From positions 3,793 to 67,792 of the forward strand of contig JBKQSL010000045.1 in the NCBI GenBank assembly GCA_052143655.1: 64,000 nt of DNA, given 5' to 3'. The stretch is from Streptosporangiaceae bacterium. GTDB taxonomy: Bacteria > Actinomycetota > Actinomycetes > Streptosporangiales > Streptosporangiaceae. Positions within the stretch are counted from its first letter, which is position 1. Each line of letters begins with the position of its first letter. Positions 15,171 to 24,854 of this stretch are shown here, in pieces. Below the pieces are notes generated by a model that was given only the letters and a program-made list of their open reading frames with translations, was not told the origin of the DNA and did no database searches. Position numbers and translations under genes: made by a program.

Positions 15171-17111
15171 TTATACCGAACCCGAGGCTCGGTCAGAGAG
15201 CACCTTGCGGCGCTGCTCCAGCGCCACCAGATCACCGAACATCCGGTTGTACTCGGCCAGCTGATCCACCGGGCTGAGCCGCTGCAGCCGGGACTTGATC
15301 GCCGCGATCCGCCGGCTCACCGCCAGTTCCTCGACCCGTGCCAGCACGGCCTCGGCGTAGCGCGCGTCCGGCTCGCCCTCGGTGCCCGGCGCGTGCAGCG
15401 CATCGACGGCCAGCTGAGTCAGCATGGCGGTCACCCGGTCGTCAGGCGCCGCGGTCCGCAGCCGCTCGGCCCACTCGCGGCCGCCGGCCGCTCCCCCGGT
15501 GCCGCCGCAGGCGGCGATGACCTCGAACACGGTGCCGTGCACCGGCGCGGTGAACGCCTGCGCGCCGAGCGCGTCGAAAGCGGGCCCGCACAGCGCCGGG
15601 CGCTGCACGGCCAGCTTGAGCGCCTCCCGCTCCACCTGGATAACCGGATCGTTAAGGTCATACGCGGTATCCGCTGGGCGAGGCTGAGGGACCAGACCAC
15701 TTCCGGCGCCGTGCTGCTCTGGCTTGCTGGCCGAGTGCCTGCGCCTGCTCTGCCGCTGTGCTGCCCGAAGGTGCTCCCCAATCCTGGAGAGGACCAATTC
15801 CTCGTCCATCAAACCGAGCCAGCGATCGACCAGCCCCGCGTACACCTTGCGCCTGGCGGTGTCCTTAATGCGAGCGATAAGAGCGGCGGCCGCGTCCAGG
15901 CCTGCAAGGCGACCTTCGACAGTCTCTGGGTCAAAAGGCATCATGGCCCGCCGGATTGCAAACTCGTAGAGAGGTACACGACTCGCGATAAGGTCACGAA
16001 CTGCTGCCTCGCCCTGCTTGAGCCTCAGGTCACACGGATCCAGACCATCGGGCTGGATCGCCACGAACGTCTGCGTTACAAACTTTTCCTCGAATTCGAA
16101 GGCTCGCAGCGCAGCTCTGTTGCCTGCCGCATCACCGTCGAAGGTGAAGATGACATCTCCGCGCTCCCAATCGGAGTCACCAAGCAAGCGTCGAATGATC
16201 TTGATGTGCCCCTCGCCGAACGACGTGCCGCTGGTCGCGACCGCCGTGGTGATGCCGGCCAGGTGGCAGGCCATCACGTCGGTGTAGCCCTCGACGATCA
16301 CCGCCTGGCGGCGCTGGGCGATGTCGCGCTTGGCCAGGTCCGCGCCGTACAAGACAGTGCTCTTCTTGAACAGCGGGGTCTCCGGGGTGTTCAGGTACTT
16401 GGCCCCGTCGTCGTCGGCACGCAGCTTGCGGGCGCCGAACGCGATCACGTCCCCGGACAGGTCCCGGATCGGCCAGATCAGGCGACCGCGGAAACGGTCG
16501 ATCAGGCCCCGGCGGCCCTGCGTGGCCAGGCCGCCGGTGAGCAGCTCGTGCTCGGTGAAGCCCTGGCCGCGCAGGTGCCGGGTCAGCGCCTCCCACTCGG
16601 CGGGTGCGTAGCCGACGCCGAAGTGCTGCGCATCCTCCAGCGTGAAGCCCCGGCCGGACAGGAAATCCCGGCCGGGCACGGCATCGGGGCCGGCCAGCCG
16701 TTCGGCGTAGAACTCACTGGCGGCCTTGTGCGCCGCCAGGAGGCGGCGGCGCTGGCTCTGCTCCCGGCCGGGGACGTGCCCGCCCTGCTCGTAGCGCAGG
16801 TCAATCCCGGCCCGGGCCGCCAGCCGCTCGACCGCCTCGGTGAACGTGAGGCTGTCGATCTTCTGCACGAAGCTGATGACGTCGCCGCCCTCAGAGCAGG
16901 AGAAGCAGTACCACAGGCCGCGTGCCGGGGTCACGTTGAACGACGGCGTCTTCTCGTCGTGGAACGGGCACAGCCCTTTCAGCGAGCCGCCGCCGGCGCT
17001 GCGCAGCTGCAGATACTCGCCGACCACCTCGTCAATCGCCGAACGCTCGCGCACCAGTGCGATGTCCTCGTCGCGGATCCGGCCTGGCATCCACCGCCTC
17101 CGCTTCTTCAT
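15171..17111 (-). CDS. dnaG: DNA primase DnaG
   Basis: CHC2 zinc finger CPFHDEKTPSFNVTPARGLWYCFSC; TOPRIM VIVEGYTDV. Alternative start ATG 17090 (MPGRIRDEDI). Confidence 0.95.
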   Translation of the reverse strand: MKKRRRWMPGRIRDEDIALVRERSAIDEVVGEYLQLRSAGGGSLKGLCPFHDEKTPSFNVTPARGLWYCFSCSEGGDVISFVQKIDSLTFTEAVERLAARAGIDLRYEQGGHVPGREQSQRRRLLAAHKAASEFYAERLAGPDAVPGRDFLSGRGFTLEDAQHFGVGYAPAEWEALTRHLRGQGFTEHELLTGGLATQGRRGLIDRFRGRLIWPIRDLSGDVIAFGARKLRADDDGAKYLNTPETPLFKKSTVLYGADLAKRDIAQRRQAVIVEGYTDVMACHLAGITTAVATSGTSFGEGHIKIIRRLLGDSDWERGDVIFTFDGDAAGNRAALRAFEFEEKFVTQTFVAIQPDGLDPCDLRLKQGEAAVRDLIASRVPLYEFAIRRAMMPFDPETVEGRLAGLDAAAALIARIKDTARRKVYAGLVDRWLGLMDEELVLSRIGEHLRAAQRQSRRRHSASKPEQHGAGSGLVPQPRPADTAYDLNDPVIQVEREALKLAVQRPALCGPAFDALGAQAFTAPVHGTVFEVIAACGGTGGAAGGREWAERLRTAAPDDRVTAMLTQLAVDALHAPGTEGEPDARYAEAVLARVEELAVSRRIAAIKSRLQRLSPVDQLAEYNRMFGDLVALEQRRKVLSDRASGSV

Positions 17112-17241
17112 GCCCGCTCTGCTGTGCCCGGTCTGCTTGCCTGCTCAGCTGGGCCCATCCGGCCGCACGGCGATGCTGCCCGTCGCGCTGCCTGGTCGCG
17201 GCGAGTCTAGCCGGGCCCAGGCGGACTGGTAGCCTCCGGCC

Positions 17242-17997
17242 GTGACCAGCCTGCTCGTACTCTGGGATGTCGACTACACCCTGATCGACGCGGCCGCTGC
17301 CGGGCGGCGGCTGTACGAGATCGCGTTCGCGGACATGTTCGGGGCCGAACTGCCCTATCCGACGTCGATGGCCGGGCGCACCGACCGGGCCATCGCGCTG
17401 GAGGTGCTGACCCTCGCCGGGGTCGCCGACCCGGTCCAGCAGGTGGCCGCGTTCGAGGCGCGGCTGGCAGCCTGCGCCGCCTCGGTGGCCGGGCTGGTCC
17501 GCGAGCACGGCCGGGCGCTGCCCGGTGCGGTCGCGGCGCTGACTGCGCTCGAAGCGCTGGCCGGCGACGGGTCGGCCGACGGTGCCGCCCGCGGGCTCGT
17601 CGTGCAGTCGGTGCTGACCGGCAACATCCGCGAGCTGGCGGAGGTGAAGCTCGGCGCGCTCGGCCTGACCGGCTACCTCGACCTGGAGGCCGGGGCGTAC
17701 GGCAGCGTCAGCGAGGTCCGGGCTGATCTGGTTGAGGTCGCCCGGGGCAACGCCGCCCGCCGCTACGGCGCGGATTTCGGCGGTGCCGCCACCGTGCTGG
17801 TCGGCGATACTCCCCGCGACGTCGAGGCCGCCCGCGCCGCCGGTGCCCGTGCCGTCGGCGTCGCCACCGGCAGTTTCACCCTCGGGGAACTCGACGCGGC
17901 AGGCGCGGACGCGGTCCTGCCCGACCTCGCCGACACTGCAGCCGTCCTGGCCTCCATCCTCGGCGCGGGGAGCTGCCAGGCTGCCCGAGTTCCATGA
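17242..17997 (+). CDS. HAD-superfamily hydrolase
   Basis: Motif I LWDVDYTLID, motif IV LVGDTPRDVEAA. Confidence 0.85.
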   Translation: MTSLLVLWDVDYTLIDAAAAGRRLYEIAFADMFGAELPYPTSMAGRTDRAIALEVLTLAGVADPVQQVAAFEARLAACAASVAGLVREHGRALPGAVAALTALEALAGDGSADGAARGLVVQSVLTGNIRELAEVKLGALGLTGYLDLEAGAYGSVSEVRADLVEVARGNAARRYGADFGGAATVLVGDTPRDVEAARAAGARAVGVATGSFTLGELDAAGADAVLPDLADTAAVLASILGAGSCQAARVP

Positions 17998-18053
17998 TCC
18001 CGGTGAGTGGTCAGGTCCATGTGCGGACGGGTTACCGAGATCATGGAATCCGG
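17984..18053 (+). repeat. Imperfect-palindromic ~70-bp element, copy 1 (REP/MITE-like)
   Basis: cccgagttccatgatcccggtgag...gttaccgagatcatggaatccgg. Arms are reverse complements; ~90% identical to 19109-19179. Overlaps the 3' ends of the convergent HAD and DUF559 genes. Confidence 0.75.
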
Positions 18054-19015
18054 CCTGGCGGCACAAGGGCGGTGGCGCAGCCTGGCCGGCACGGGCGCAC
18101 CGGGCCGCGCCAGCCGCGGCGGCGCAGCGCCGCGGCTACCTCGGCGGCCGTCGTGCAGGGGCGGTCGTGCACGTCGGCCCAGTTGTAGCGCAAGGTGACC
18201 AGGCCGAGCGCGGCTGCCGCATTGTCCCGGCGCTGGTCCGCCCATCGCACGTGTACCGGATGCGCGGCCAGCCCGTCCAGCTCTACGCAGACCCCGAACT
18301 CGGCATACAGGTTGTCCCGGTACTGCACCCTGCCCGCGGCCGTCGACCTCGCCTGACGCGCCGCGCGGGGCAGGCCGTGCCGCCGCTCGACATCTCGGAC
18401 ATACCGGTGCTCCAGGGCCGAGTGCGCCCCGGCACCGGTATCGCCGAGCACGGCCAGCACGGCGGATCGGCGGCGCAGCCGGCCACGGGCCTGCGCCGCG
18501 GCGGCGAGCCGGGGCGCGGTCGTCAGCCGCGCGCCGCAGGCCGCGCTGAGCCAGTGGATCGCCTCATCCAGCCCGGCGGCCGCCGCGGCAAGATCGAGCA
18601 CGGTGTCCTCGATCCTTGTCCTGGGCGGATTCAGCACCGGGTGCCGGGCCCGCTCCAGGCCGACAGAGCGGTGTATGACCAGGCCGGGGACCGGCCTGAC
18701 CTGCCGCGTGCCCGGCACCGTCAGGTGAATCAGCTCGGACTGCGGCGCTATCCGGTACAGCTCGGCCGCGCTGTGGTAGCTGAGCACCGCTCCGGGACCG
18801 GCCCGCAGTACGGCCGCCCACAAGACGGCGCTGCGGCACGGACTGCCGGTGAAGGTGGCGTAGACGCCGAGCTGGAGCTGGCGCCAGCGCCCGGCGCGGA
18901 GCTGAGTGTCGATCATCTGCCCGGCAGCGCCCAGCCGCACGGCCTGAGCGCGGGATACGACCCCGTCCTGAATCGCAAGCAGCTCCCCCAGCCGGCCGGT
19001 GACGTCGGTGCTCAT
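18041..19015 (-). CDS. AbiEi-like wHTH + DUF559 (Vsr-like endonuclease fold) protein
   Basis: MSTDVTGRLGELLAIQDGVVSRAQAVRLG... N-terminus; C-terminal ...GRVQYRDNLYAEFGVCVELDGLAAH... typical of DUF559. Start ATG 19015 chosen because the upstream ATG 19120 lies inside the repeat. Confidence 0.7.
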   Translation of the reverse strand: MSTDVTGRLGELLAIQDGVVSRAQAVRLGAAGQMIDTQLRAGRWRQLQLGVYATFTGSPCRSAVLWAAVLRAGPGAVLSYHSAAELYRIAPQSELIHLTVPGTRQVRPVPGLVIHRSVGLERARHPVLNPPRTRIEDTVLDLAAAAAGLDEAIHWLSAACGARLTTAPRLAAAAQARGRLRRRSAVLAVLGDTGAGAHSALEHRYVRDVERRHGLPRAARQARSTAAGRVQYRDNLYAEFGVCVELDGLAAHPVHVRWADQRRDNAAAALGLVTLRYNWADVHDRPCTTAAEVAAALRRRGWRGPVRPCRPGCATALVPPGRIP

Positions 19016-19108
19016 GGGCAGAGCCTGACGGCCCCGGCTGACCGCCCGCACGGCCTCTTCCCCCCTGTGAATAACCTCCCCGACCAGGCCGCTACCTGTG
19101 GACAGCAG

Positions 19109-19179
19109 CCGGAGTTTCATGATCTCGGTGAGTTCTCAGGTCCATGTGCGGACGGGTTACCGAGATCATGGAACTCCGG
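19109..19179 (+). repeat. Imperfect-palindromic ~70-bp element, copy 2
   Basis: ccggagtttcatgatctcggtgag...gttaccgagatcatggaactccgg, ~21-bp stem with one bulge. Direct repeat of copy 1. Confidence 0.75.
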
Positions 19180-19258
19180 CCCGCGGCGGCGGCGGGGCCG
19201 GTCAGCCGGACCGGGGTCGCTCAGCCGGGCAGGTCGGGGAGAGGGACGGCGGGGTCGC

Positions 19259-20488
19259 TCAGCCGAGCAGGTCGGGGAGCGGGACGGCGGGGTCGGTGAG
19301 ACGGGCCATGTCGACGGGGACGGCGGCCCTGATCAGCGCCTGGATGTCGTCGTTGACGTCCCAGACGTTGACATTCATCCCGGCAACGACCGCGCCCGCG
19401 CTCAGCCAGAACGCGATGAACTCGCCGGACTCCTGATCCCCCCGGTAGACGACGTTGTCGTAATTGCCCGGCTCAGGCAGCCCGGCGGCCTCCATCCCGA
19501 GGTCGTACTGATCGCTGTAGAAGTACGGGATCCAGTCGTAGGACACCTGCTGGCCCAGCATGGACCGGGCGGCGGCCGGGCCGCCGGCCAGCGCGTTGCC
19601 CCAGTGCTCGACCCGGATCCGGCGCTGCAGCAGCGGGCTGGTCCAGCGGGCGACGTCACCGGCCGCGAAGATGTCCGGGTCTGCGGTGCGCAGCGCCGCG
19701 TCCACCAGGATGCCGTTGTCGACGTCCAGGCCCGCGGCGGCCGCGAAGTCCGCGTTCGGCAGCACGCCGATGCCGATCACGACGACATCGGCCGGCAACT
19801 CGGCGCCCGCCGAGGTGCCGACCGCGCGCACCTGCCCGCCGCTGCCGCGCAGCCCGGTGACGCCCTCGCCGAACCGGAACGTCACCCCGTGGCGGCGATG
19901 CAGCGCGGCGAAATACTCGCCGAGCTCCGGGCCGATCGAGCGGCGCAGCGGGCCGGCCTCCGGCTCGACGACCGTCACCTCGCAGTCGTAGTGCCGCGCG
20001 GCCGCGGCGGTCTCCAGGCCGATCCAGCCTGCGCCGACGACGACCACCTGGCCGCCGACCGACAGCGCGGCCCGCAGCCGCTCGCTGTCGCCGATGGTGC
20101 GCAGGTAGAACACGCCGCCGAGGTCAGTGCCGGGCACGTCGAGCGGGCGCGGCGAGACTCCGGTGGTGATCAGCAGCTTGTCGTAGCCGACCGTGCTGCC
20201 GCCGGACAGGCTGACGGCCCGGGCGGCGCGGTCCAGCGCCGTGACCCGGGTGCCGAGCCGCAGGTCCACCTGGTGCTCGGAATACCAGCCCGGCTCGTGC
20301 ACGAACACCGACTCGCGCTCGTCGCTGCCGAGCAGCAGCCCCTTCGACAGCGGCGGGCGCTCGTACGGCCGCTCCTCCTCCGCGCCTGCCAGCACCACCT
20401 GCCCGGTGAAGCCCTCCTCCCGCAGGGTCTGCGCGGCCTTGGCTCCCGCCAGGCTCGCGCCGGCGATGACATAGGTTCCCTCGGGCAT
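19259..20488 (-). CDS. FAD/NAD(P)-dependent oxidoreductase, ferredoxin-reductase-like
   Basis: Two Rossmann motifs YVIAGASLAGAKAA and VVVVGAGWIGLE. SD aaggag before ATG 20488. Confidence 0.85.
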   Translation of the reverse strand: MPEGTYVIAGASLAGAKAAQTLREEGFTGQVVLAGAEEERPYERPPLSKGLLLGSDERESVFVHEPGWYSEHQVDLRLGTRVTALDRAARAVSLSGGSTVGYDKLLITTGVSPRPLDVPGTDLGGVFYLRTIGDSERLRAALSVGGQVVVVGAGWIGLETAAAARHYDCEVTVVEPEAGPLRRSIGPELGEYFAALHRRHGVTFRFGEGVTGLRGSGGQVRAVGTSAGAELPADVVVIGIGVLPNADFAAAAGLDVDNGILVDAALRTADPDIFAAGDVARWTSPLLQRRIRVEHWGNALAGGPAAARSMLGQQVSYDWIPYFYSDQYDLGMEAAGLPEPGNYDNVVYRGDQESGEFIAFWLSAGAVVAGMNVNVWDVNDDIQALIRAAVPVDMARLTDPAVPLPDLLG

Positions 20489-20542
20489 GGCGGGCTCCTT
20501 CCGGTAACGGCCTCCGCCGGTCATGATGCCAGGCCAGGCGCC

Positions 20543-21799
20543 TCAGGTCCGGTGCGGGCCGACCGGCCGGGCCGCACGGCACAGCCGGGCGTGCCAGGCA
20601 GCCGCCGACACATCCGTGAGCGAAGCTACCTGGTCGACGATCACTCGCAGCCGCTCCGGGTCGGACTTCGCTGCCGTGAACGCCGGGGCGAACATCAGGT
20701 CCAGCGTCGACGGCGCGCCGGCCAGCACTGCCGCAGCCAGCTCGCCGATGATCTCGCGTTCCCTGGCCTGCACGGCCGCCGCGCCCGCCCTGGTCATGAC
20801 GTAATGCGCGGTGACCGCCTTCAGCAGCGCGCACTCCAGCCGCTGCCGGGCCGGCACGGTCAGGATGGCGGCATAACGGGTCAGCGGCGGGCTGCCGCCG
20901 GGCCGGGTGGCCTGCTGCGCCGCCCGGCAGAACCGGCCGATCAGCTCGCTGGTCAGGTTCTTGACCCCGGCGGATGCGGCGGGACCGCCGTCGAAGCCAG
21001 CCGGCCAGCAGTCCAGTTCCATCAGCTCGTCGAACACCGCGCACAGGTCCGCATGGCTGACCGCGCCCGGCATCAGGTAGCTGGCCAGGGCCAGTTCGGC
21101 GACCGCGGCGCGCTCAGCCGGGTCGCGCAGCTGCTCCAGCCTGATCAGCTGCGAGTGCAGCCCGTCCTCCAGGTCGTGCACCGAGTAGGCCACGTCGTCA
21201 GCCCAGTCCATCACCTGGGCTTCCAGGCATGGCCGCTGGTCCGGGACGCCCTCCCGGATCCAGCCGAAGACCGCGGCGTCGTCGGCGTAGGCGCCGTACT
21301 TGGCCGGGCCGCGGCCGGCCGGGGCCAGCCACGGGTACTTGAGGGTAGCGTCCAGCGAGGCCCGGGTCAGGTTCAGCCCCGCGGCCGGGACTTTCGCCTC
21401 CAGCCGGGTCAGCAGGCGCAGGCTCTGGGCGTTCCCCTCGAACCCGCCGCAGCTCGCGGCCAGCTCGGCGAGGGCGTTCTCGCCATTGTGGCCGAAAGGA
21501 GGATGGCCCAGGTCATGGGCCAGGCACGCGGTGTCGACCAGGTCGGGGTCGCAGCCGAGCGCGGCGCCGAGCTCGCGCCCGATCTGCGCGCATTCCAGCG
21601 AGTGGGTGAGCCGGGTGCGGATGAAGTCCGCCGAGCCGACCTCGACTACCTGGGTCTTGGCCGCCAGCCGGCGCAGCGCCGCGCTGTGCAGCACCCGGGC
21701 GCGGTCCCGCTCGAAGGGACCGCGCCCGGGAATGCGCGCGTGCTTGGGCGGCTCGGCCGCCCAGCGGGCCGTCGCGTGGCCGTCGTACCCGGCGGTCAC
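20543..21799 (-). CDS. dgt: dGTP triphosphohydrolase-like HD-domain protein
   Basis: [18 protein letters not shown]...[16 protein letters not shown] motif. Confidence 0.9.
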   Translation of the reverse strand: MTAGYDGHATARWAAEPPKHARIPGRGPFERDRARVLHSAALRRLAAKTQVVEVGSADFIRTRLTHSLECAQIGRELGAALGCDPDLVDTACLAHDLGHPPFGHNGENALAELAASCGGFEGNAQSLRLLTRLEAKVPAAGLNLTRASLDATLKYPWLAPAGRGPAKYGAYADDAAVFGWIREGVPDQRPCLEAQVMDWADDVAYSVHDLEDGLHSQLIRLEQLRDPAERAAVAELALASYLMPGAVSHADLCAVFDELMELDCWPAGFDGGPAASAGVKNLTSELIGRFCRAAQQATRPGGSPPLTRYAAILTVPARQRLECALLKAVTAHYVMTRAGAAAVQAREREIIGELAAAVLAGAPSTLDLMFAPAFTAAKSDPERLRVIVDQVASLTDVSAAAWHARLCRAARPVGPHRT

Positions 21800-21883
21800 C
21801 GGCGGCTCGCGTGAGCGTGCCGCGGCAGCCAGGTACTGACGCTGGTCAGCACCCGGCCCGTCCGCGCACGCTCACCGGGATCG

Positions 21884-24574
21884 TCACCGGCTGTCGCTGC
21901 CCCCTCCGGCGGATTCCAGGACGGCGGCCCGGCCGGCCTCCAGCCGGGCGACCGGCACCCGGAACGGCGAGCAGGACACGTAGTTCAGCCCGGCGTTGTG
22001 GAAGAAGTGCACCGACTCGGGGTCGCCGCCGTGCTCGCCGCACACCCCGATCTTCAGGTCGGGCCGGGTGGCCCGGCCCTCTTCGACCGCGATCTTGACC
22101 ATCCGGCCGATGCCGTCGGCGTCCAGCGTCTCGAACGGCGACACGCCGAACACGCCGAGGTCGATGTACCGGCTGAAGAACGCGCCCTCGACGTCGTCGC
22201 GGGAGAAGCCCCAGCCCATCTGGGTCAGGTCGTTGGTGCCGAAGGAGAAGAACTGAGCGGCCTGGGCGATCTGGCCCGCGGTCATCGCTGCCCGCGGCAC
22301 CTCGATCATCGTGCCGATCAGCGTGTGCACCTCGTTCCCGCTCTCGGCCCACACCTCCGCCAGGACCTTCTCGATCTCCTCGCGGGTTGCCTCAAGCTCC
22401 TGCACCGCGCCGACCAGCGGAACCATGATCTCCGGGTGCGGGTCGCCGCCGGCCTTGACCCGGTCCGCGGCGGCGTGCGCGATCGCCCGCACCTGCATCG
22501 CGAACAGGCCGGGGATGACCAGGCCGAGGCGGACGCCGCGCAGGCCGAGCATCGGGTTCTGCTCGTGCAGCCGCCGGACCGCCTCCAGCAGCTTGCGGTC
22601 GGTCTCGGTGGCGCTGTCGCCGGCCAGCGCGACCTTCACGGACAGCTCGGTCAGGTCGGGCAGGAACTCGTGCAGCGGCGGGTCGATCAGCCGGATGGTG
22701 ACCGGCAGGCCGTCCATTGCCTCGAAGATCTCCACGAAGTCGCCGCGCTGCAGCGGCTCGAGCGCGTCCAGGGCCGCCTGCCGCTCGGCGTCGTCGGTGG
22801 CCAGGATCAGCCGCTCGACCAGCTGCCGCCGCTCGCCGAGGAACATGTGCTCAGTGCGGGTCAGGCCGATGCCCTCGGCGCCGAACCGGACCGCGCGGGC
22901 GGAATCCTCGCCGGTGTCGGAGTTGGCCCGCACGCCGAGCCGCCGCCGCTCGTCCGCGTGCCGCATCAGCGCGTCCACGGCGACAACCAGCTCATCGGCG
23001 TCGTCGCTGAGCCCGCTCTCGAAGTACTCCACCACCGGGGAGGGCACCACCGGCACCTCGCCGAGGTACACCTCACCGGAGGTGCCGTCGAGAGAGATCA
23101 CGTCGCCCTCGCTGACGGTCACCCCGCGGGGCGTGCTGAACTTGCGGCCGACCAGGTCGACCTCCAGCTCGTCGGCGCCGCAGACGCAGGTCTTGCCCAT
23201 GCCGCGGGCGACGACGGCCGCGTGGCTGGTCTTGCCGCCGCGACTGGTGAGGATGCCGCGGGCGGCGATCATGCCGTGCAGGTCGTCCGGGTTGGTCTCG
23301 CGCCGGACCAGGATGACGTTCTCGCCCGCCTCGGCCCGCTCGACCGCCCGGCCGGAGTCGAAGACGGCCTTGCCGACGGCCGCGCCGGGCGAGGCGCTGA
23401 CCGCCTTGGTGATCCGCTCGGCGCCGTGCCGGGTGTCGAACCTCGGGAACATCAGCTGCGCGAGCTGGCTGCCGGTCACCCGGGTCAGCGCCTCGTCCAT
23501 GTCGATCAGGCCCTGCTCGACCAGCTGCATGGCGATCCGGAACGCGGCGCCCGCGGTGCGCTTGCCCACCCGGGTCTGCAGCATCCACAGCTTGCCGCGC
23601 TCGATCGTGAACTCGATGTCGCACAGGTCCTTGTAGTGGTTCTCCAGCGTGTTCATGATGTCCATGAGCTGGCGGTAGGACTTGGCGTCGATCTGCTCAA
23701 GGTCCTGCAGCGGGACGGTGTTGCGGATGCCGGCCACGACGTCCTCGCCCTGCGCGTTCTCCAGGTAGTCGCCGTACACGCCCGGCTGGCCGCTGCCCGG
23801 GTCCCGGGTGAACGCCACGCCGGTGCCGGAGTCCGCGCCGAGGTTGCCGAAGACCATGGCCACGATGTTGACCGCGGTGCCGAGGTCGGTGGGGATGCGC
23901 TCCTGGCGCCGGTACAGGATGGCGCGGTCGGCGTTCCAGGAGTTGAACACCGCCTCGACGGCCATGTCCATCTGCTCGCGCGGGTCCTGCGGGAAGTCCC
24001 GGCCGGTCTTGTCCTTGATGATGCCCTTGAAGGTCCCGACCAGGCTGCGCATGTCGTCGGCATCCAGGTCAAGGTCGTTCTTGGTGCCCTTGGCGTCCTT
24101 GGCGCGGTCGAGGGCGTGCTCGAACGCCTCACCCTCGATGTCCAGGACGGTCTTGCCGAACATCTGCAGCAGCCGCCGGTAGGCGTCCCAGGCGAACCGC
24201 TCGTTGCTGGCCTGCTTGGCCAGGCCCTGCACCGACTGGTCGGACAGGCCGATGTTCAGGACCGTCTCCATCATGCCCGGCATCGAGAACTTGGCCCCGG
24301 ACCGGACGCTGACCAGCAGCGGGTCCTCGTGGTCACCAAGGCGCTTGGCCATCTTCTCCTCAAGCTGGGCGAGGTGCTCGCTGACCTCCTCGGCCAGGCC
24401 CGCGGGCACCGACCCCTGCTCCAGGTAATGGCGGCACGCCTCGGTGGTGATGATGAACCCCGGTGGAACCGGCAGGCCCAGGTTCGTCATCTCGGCCAGG
24501 TTGGCGCCCTTGCCACCCAGCAGGTCCTTGAGGTCCTTGTTACCCTCAGTGAAGTCATAGACAAGCTTCGGCAC
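21884..24574 (-). CDS. ppdK: Pyruvate, phosphate dikinase
   Basis: MPKLVYDFTEGNKDLKDLLGGKGANLAEM; phosphohistidine loop TSRGGKTSHAAVVARGMG; C-terminal GVCGEHGGDP. Confidence 0.97.
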   Translation of the reverse strand: MPKLVYDFTEGNKDLKDLLGGKGANLAEMTNLGLPVPPGFIITTEACRHYLEQGSVPAGLAEEVSEHLAQLEEKMAKRLGDHEDPLLVSVRSGAKFSMPGMMETVLNIGLSDQSVQGLAKQASNERFAWDAYRRLLQMFGKTVLDIEGEAFEHALDRAKDAKGTKNDLDLDADDMRSLVGTFKGIIKDKTGRDFPQDPREQMDMAVEAVFNSWNADRAILYRRQERIPTDLGTAVNIVAMVFGNLGADSGTGVAFTRDPGSGQPGVYGDYLENAQGEDVVAGIRNTVPLQDLEQIDAKSYRQLMDIMNTLENHYKDLCDIEFTIERGKLWMLQTRVGKRTAGAAFRIAMQLVEQGLIDMDEALTRVTGSQLAQLMFPRFDTRHGAERITKAVSASPGAAVGKAVFDSGRAVERAEAGENVILVRRETNPDDLHGMIAARGILTSRGGKTSHAAVVARGMGKTCVCGADELEVDLVGRKFSTPRGVTVSEGDVISLDGTSGEVYLGEVPVVPSPVVEYFESGLSDDADELVVAVDALMRHADERRRLGVRANSDTGEDSARAVRFGAEGIGLTRTEHMFLGERRQLVERLILATDDAERQAALDALEPLQRGDFVEIFEAMDGLPVTIRLIDPPLHEFLPDLTELSVKVALAGDSATETDRKLLEAVRRLHEQNPMLGLRGVRLGLVIPGLFAMQVRAIAHAAADRVKAGGDPHPEIMVPLVGAVQELEATREEIEKVLAEVWAESGNEVHTLIGTMIEVPRAAMTAGQIAQAAQFFSFGTNDLTQMGWGFSRDDVEGAFFSRYIDLGVFGVSPFETLDADGIGRMVKIAVEEGRATRPDLKIGVCGEHGGDPESVHFFHNAGLNYVSCSPFRVPVARLEAGRAAVLESAGGGSDSR

Positions 24575-24724
24575 TGCGTGATCTCCCTCGGGGATGCTGC
24601 CAGCCGGGCGCAGGCCCGGACGCCCGCCGGCTCTGTGGACGAAGATGGCATGGTCAGTACGGCCTTTCGGCCTTGCTCCGACTCTACCGAGTGTGCCCGG
24701 CCCTACGCTGCCCCTGTGCGCAGC

Positions 24725-24768
24725 TAATTAGCCCTTCGCCCGCCGGTAATTAGCCCTTCGCCCGCCGG
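24725..24768. repeat. Perfect 22-bp tandem duplication (taattagcccttcgcccgccgg x2) in the ppdK / oxidoreductase divergent intergenic region
   Basis: 24725-24746 and 24747-24768 are identical. Confidence 0.95.
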
Positions 24769-24854
24769 CAGCCGACCGGAATTCCCTGGCTCGCGGAGCA
24801 GCGAACCGGCGGCGGGAGACTCCCCGTGTCAGGGGCGTCGGCGACAATGGCGGG

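Noticed and set aside
17984-19179. Integron attC sites / gene cassette interpretation of the hairpin repeats around the DUF559 gene
   Set aside because: No integron integrase or attI is nearby, and there are no canonical GTTRRRY core sites at both ends. Related copies sit 3' of unrelated genes elsewhere, which fits a REP/MITE-like family better.
17732-21814. 1360-aa ORF on the plus strand, and similar giants at 21998..24727, 13894..15072, 15087..17210, 44 kb and 55-57 kb
   Set aside because: These have Arg/Pro/Gly/Ala-rich, motif-free translations lying antisense to strongly recognisable genes (dgt, ppdK, sigma, dnaG, phoH, lepA). They are typical high-GC shadow ORFs.
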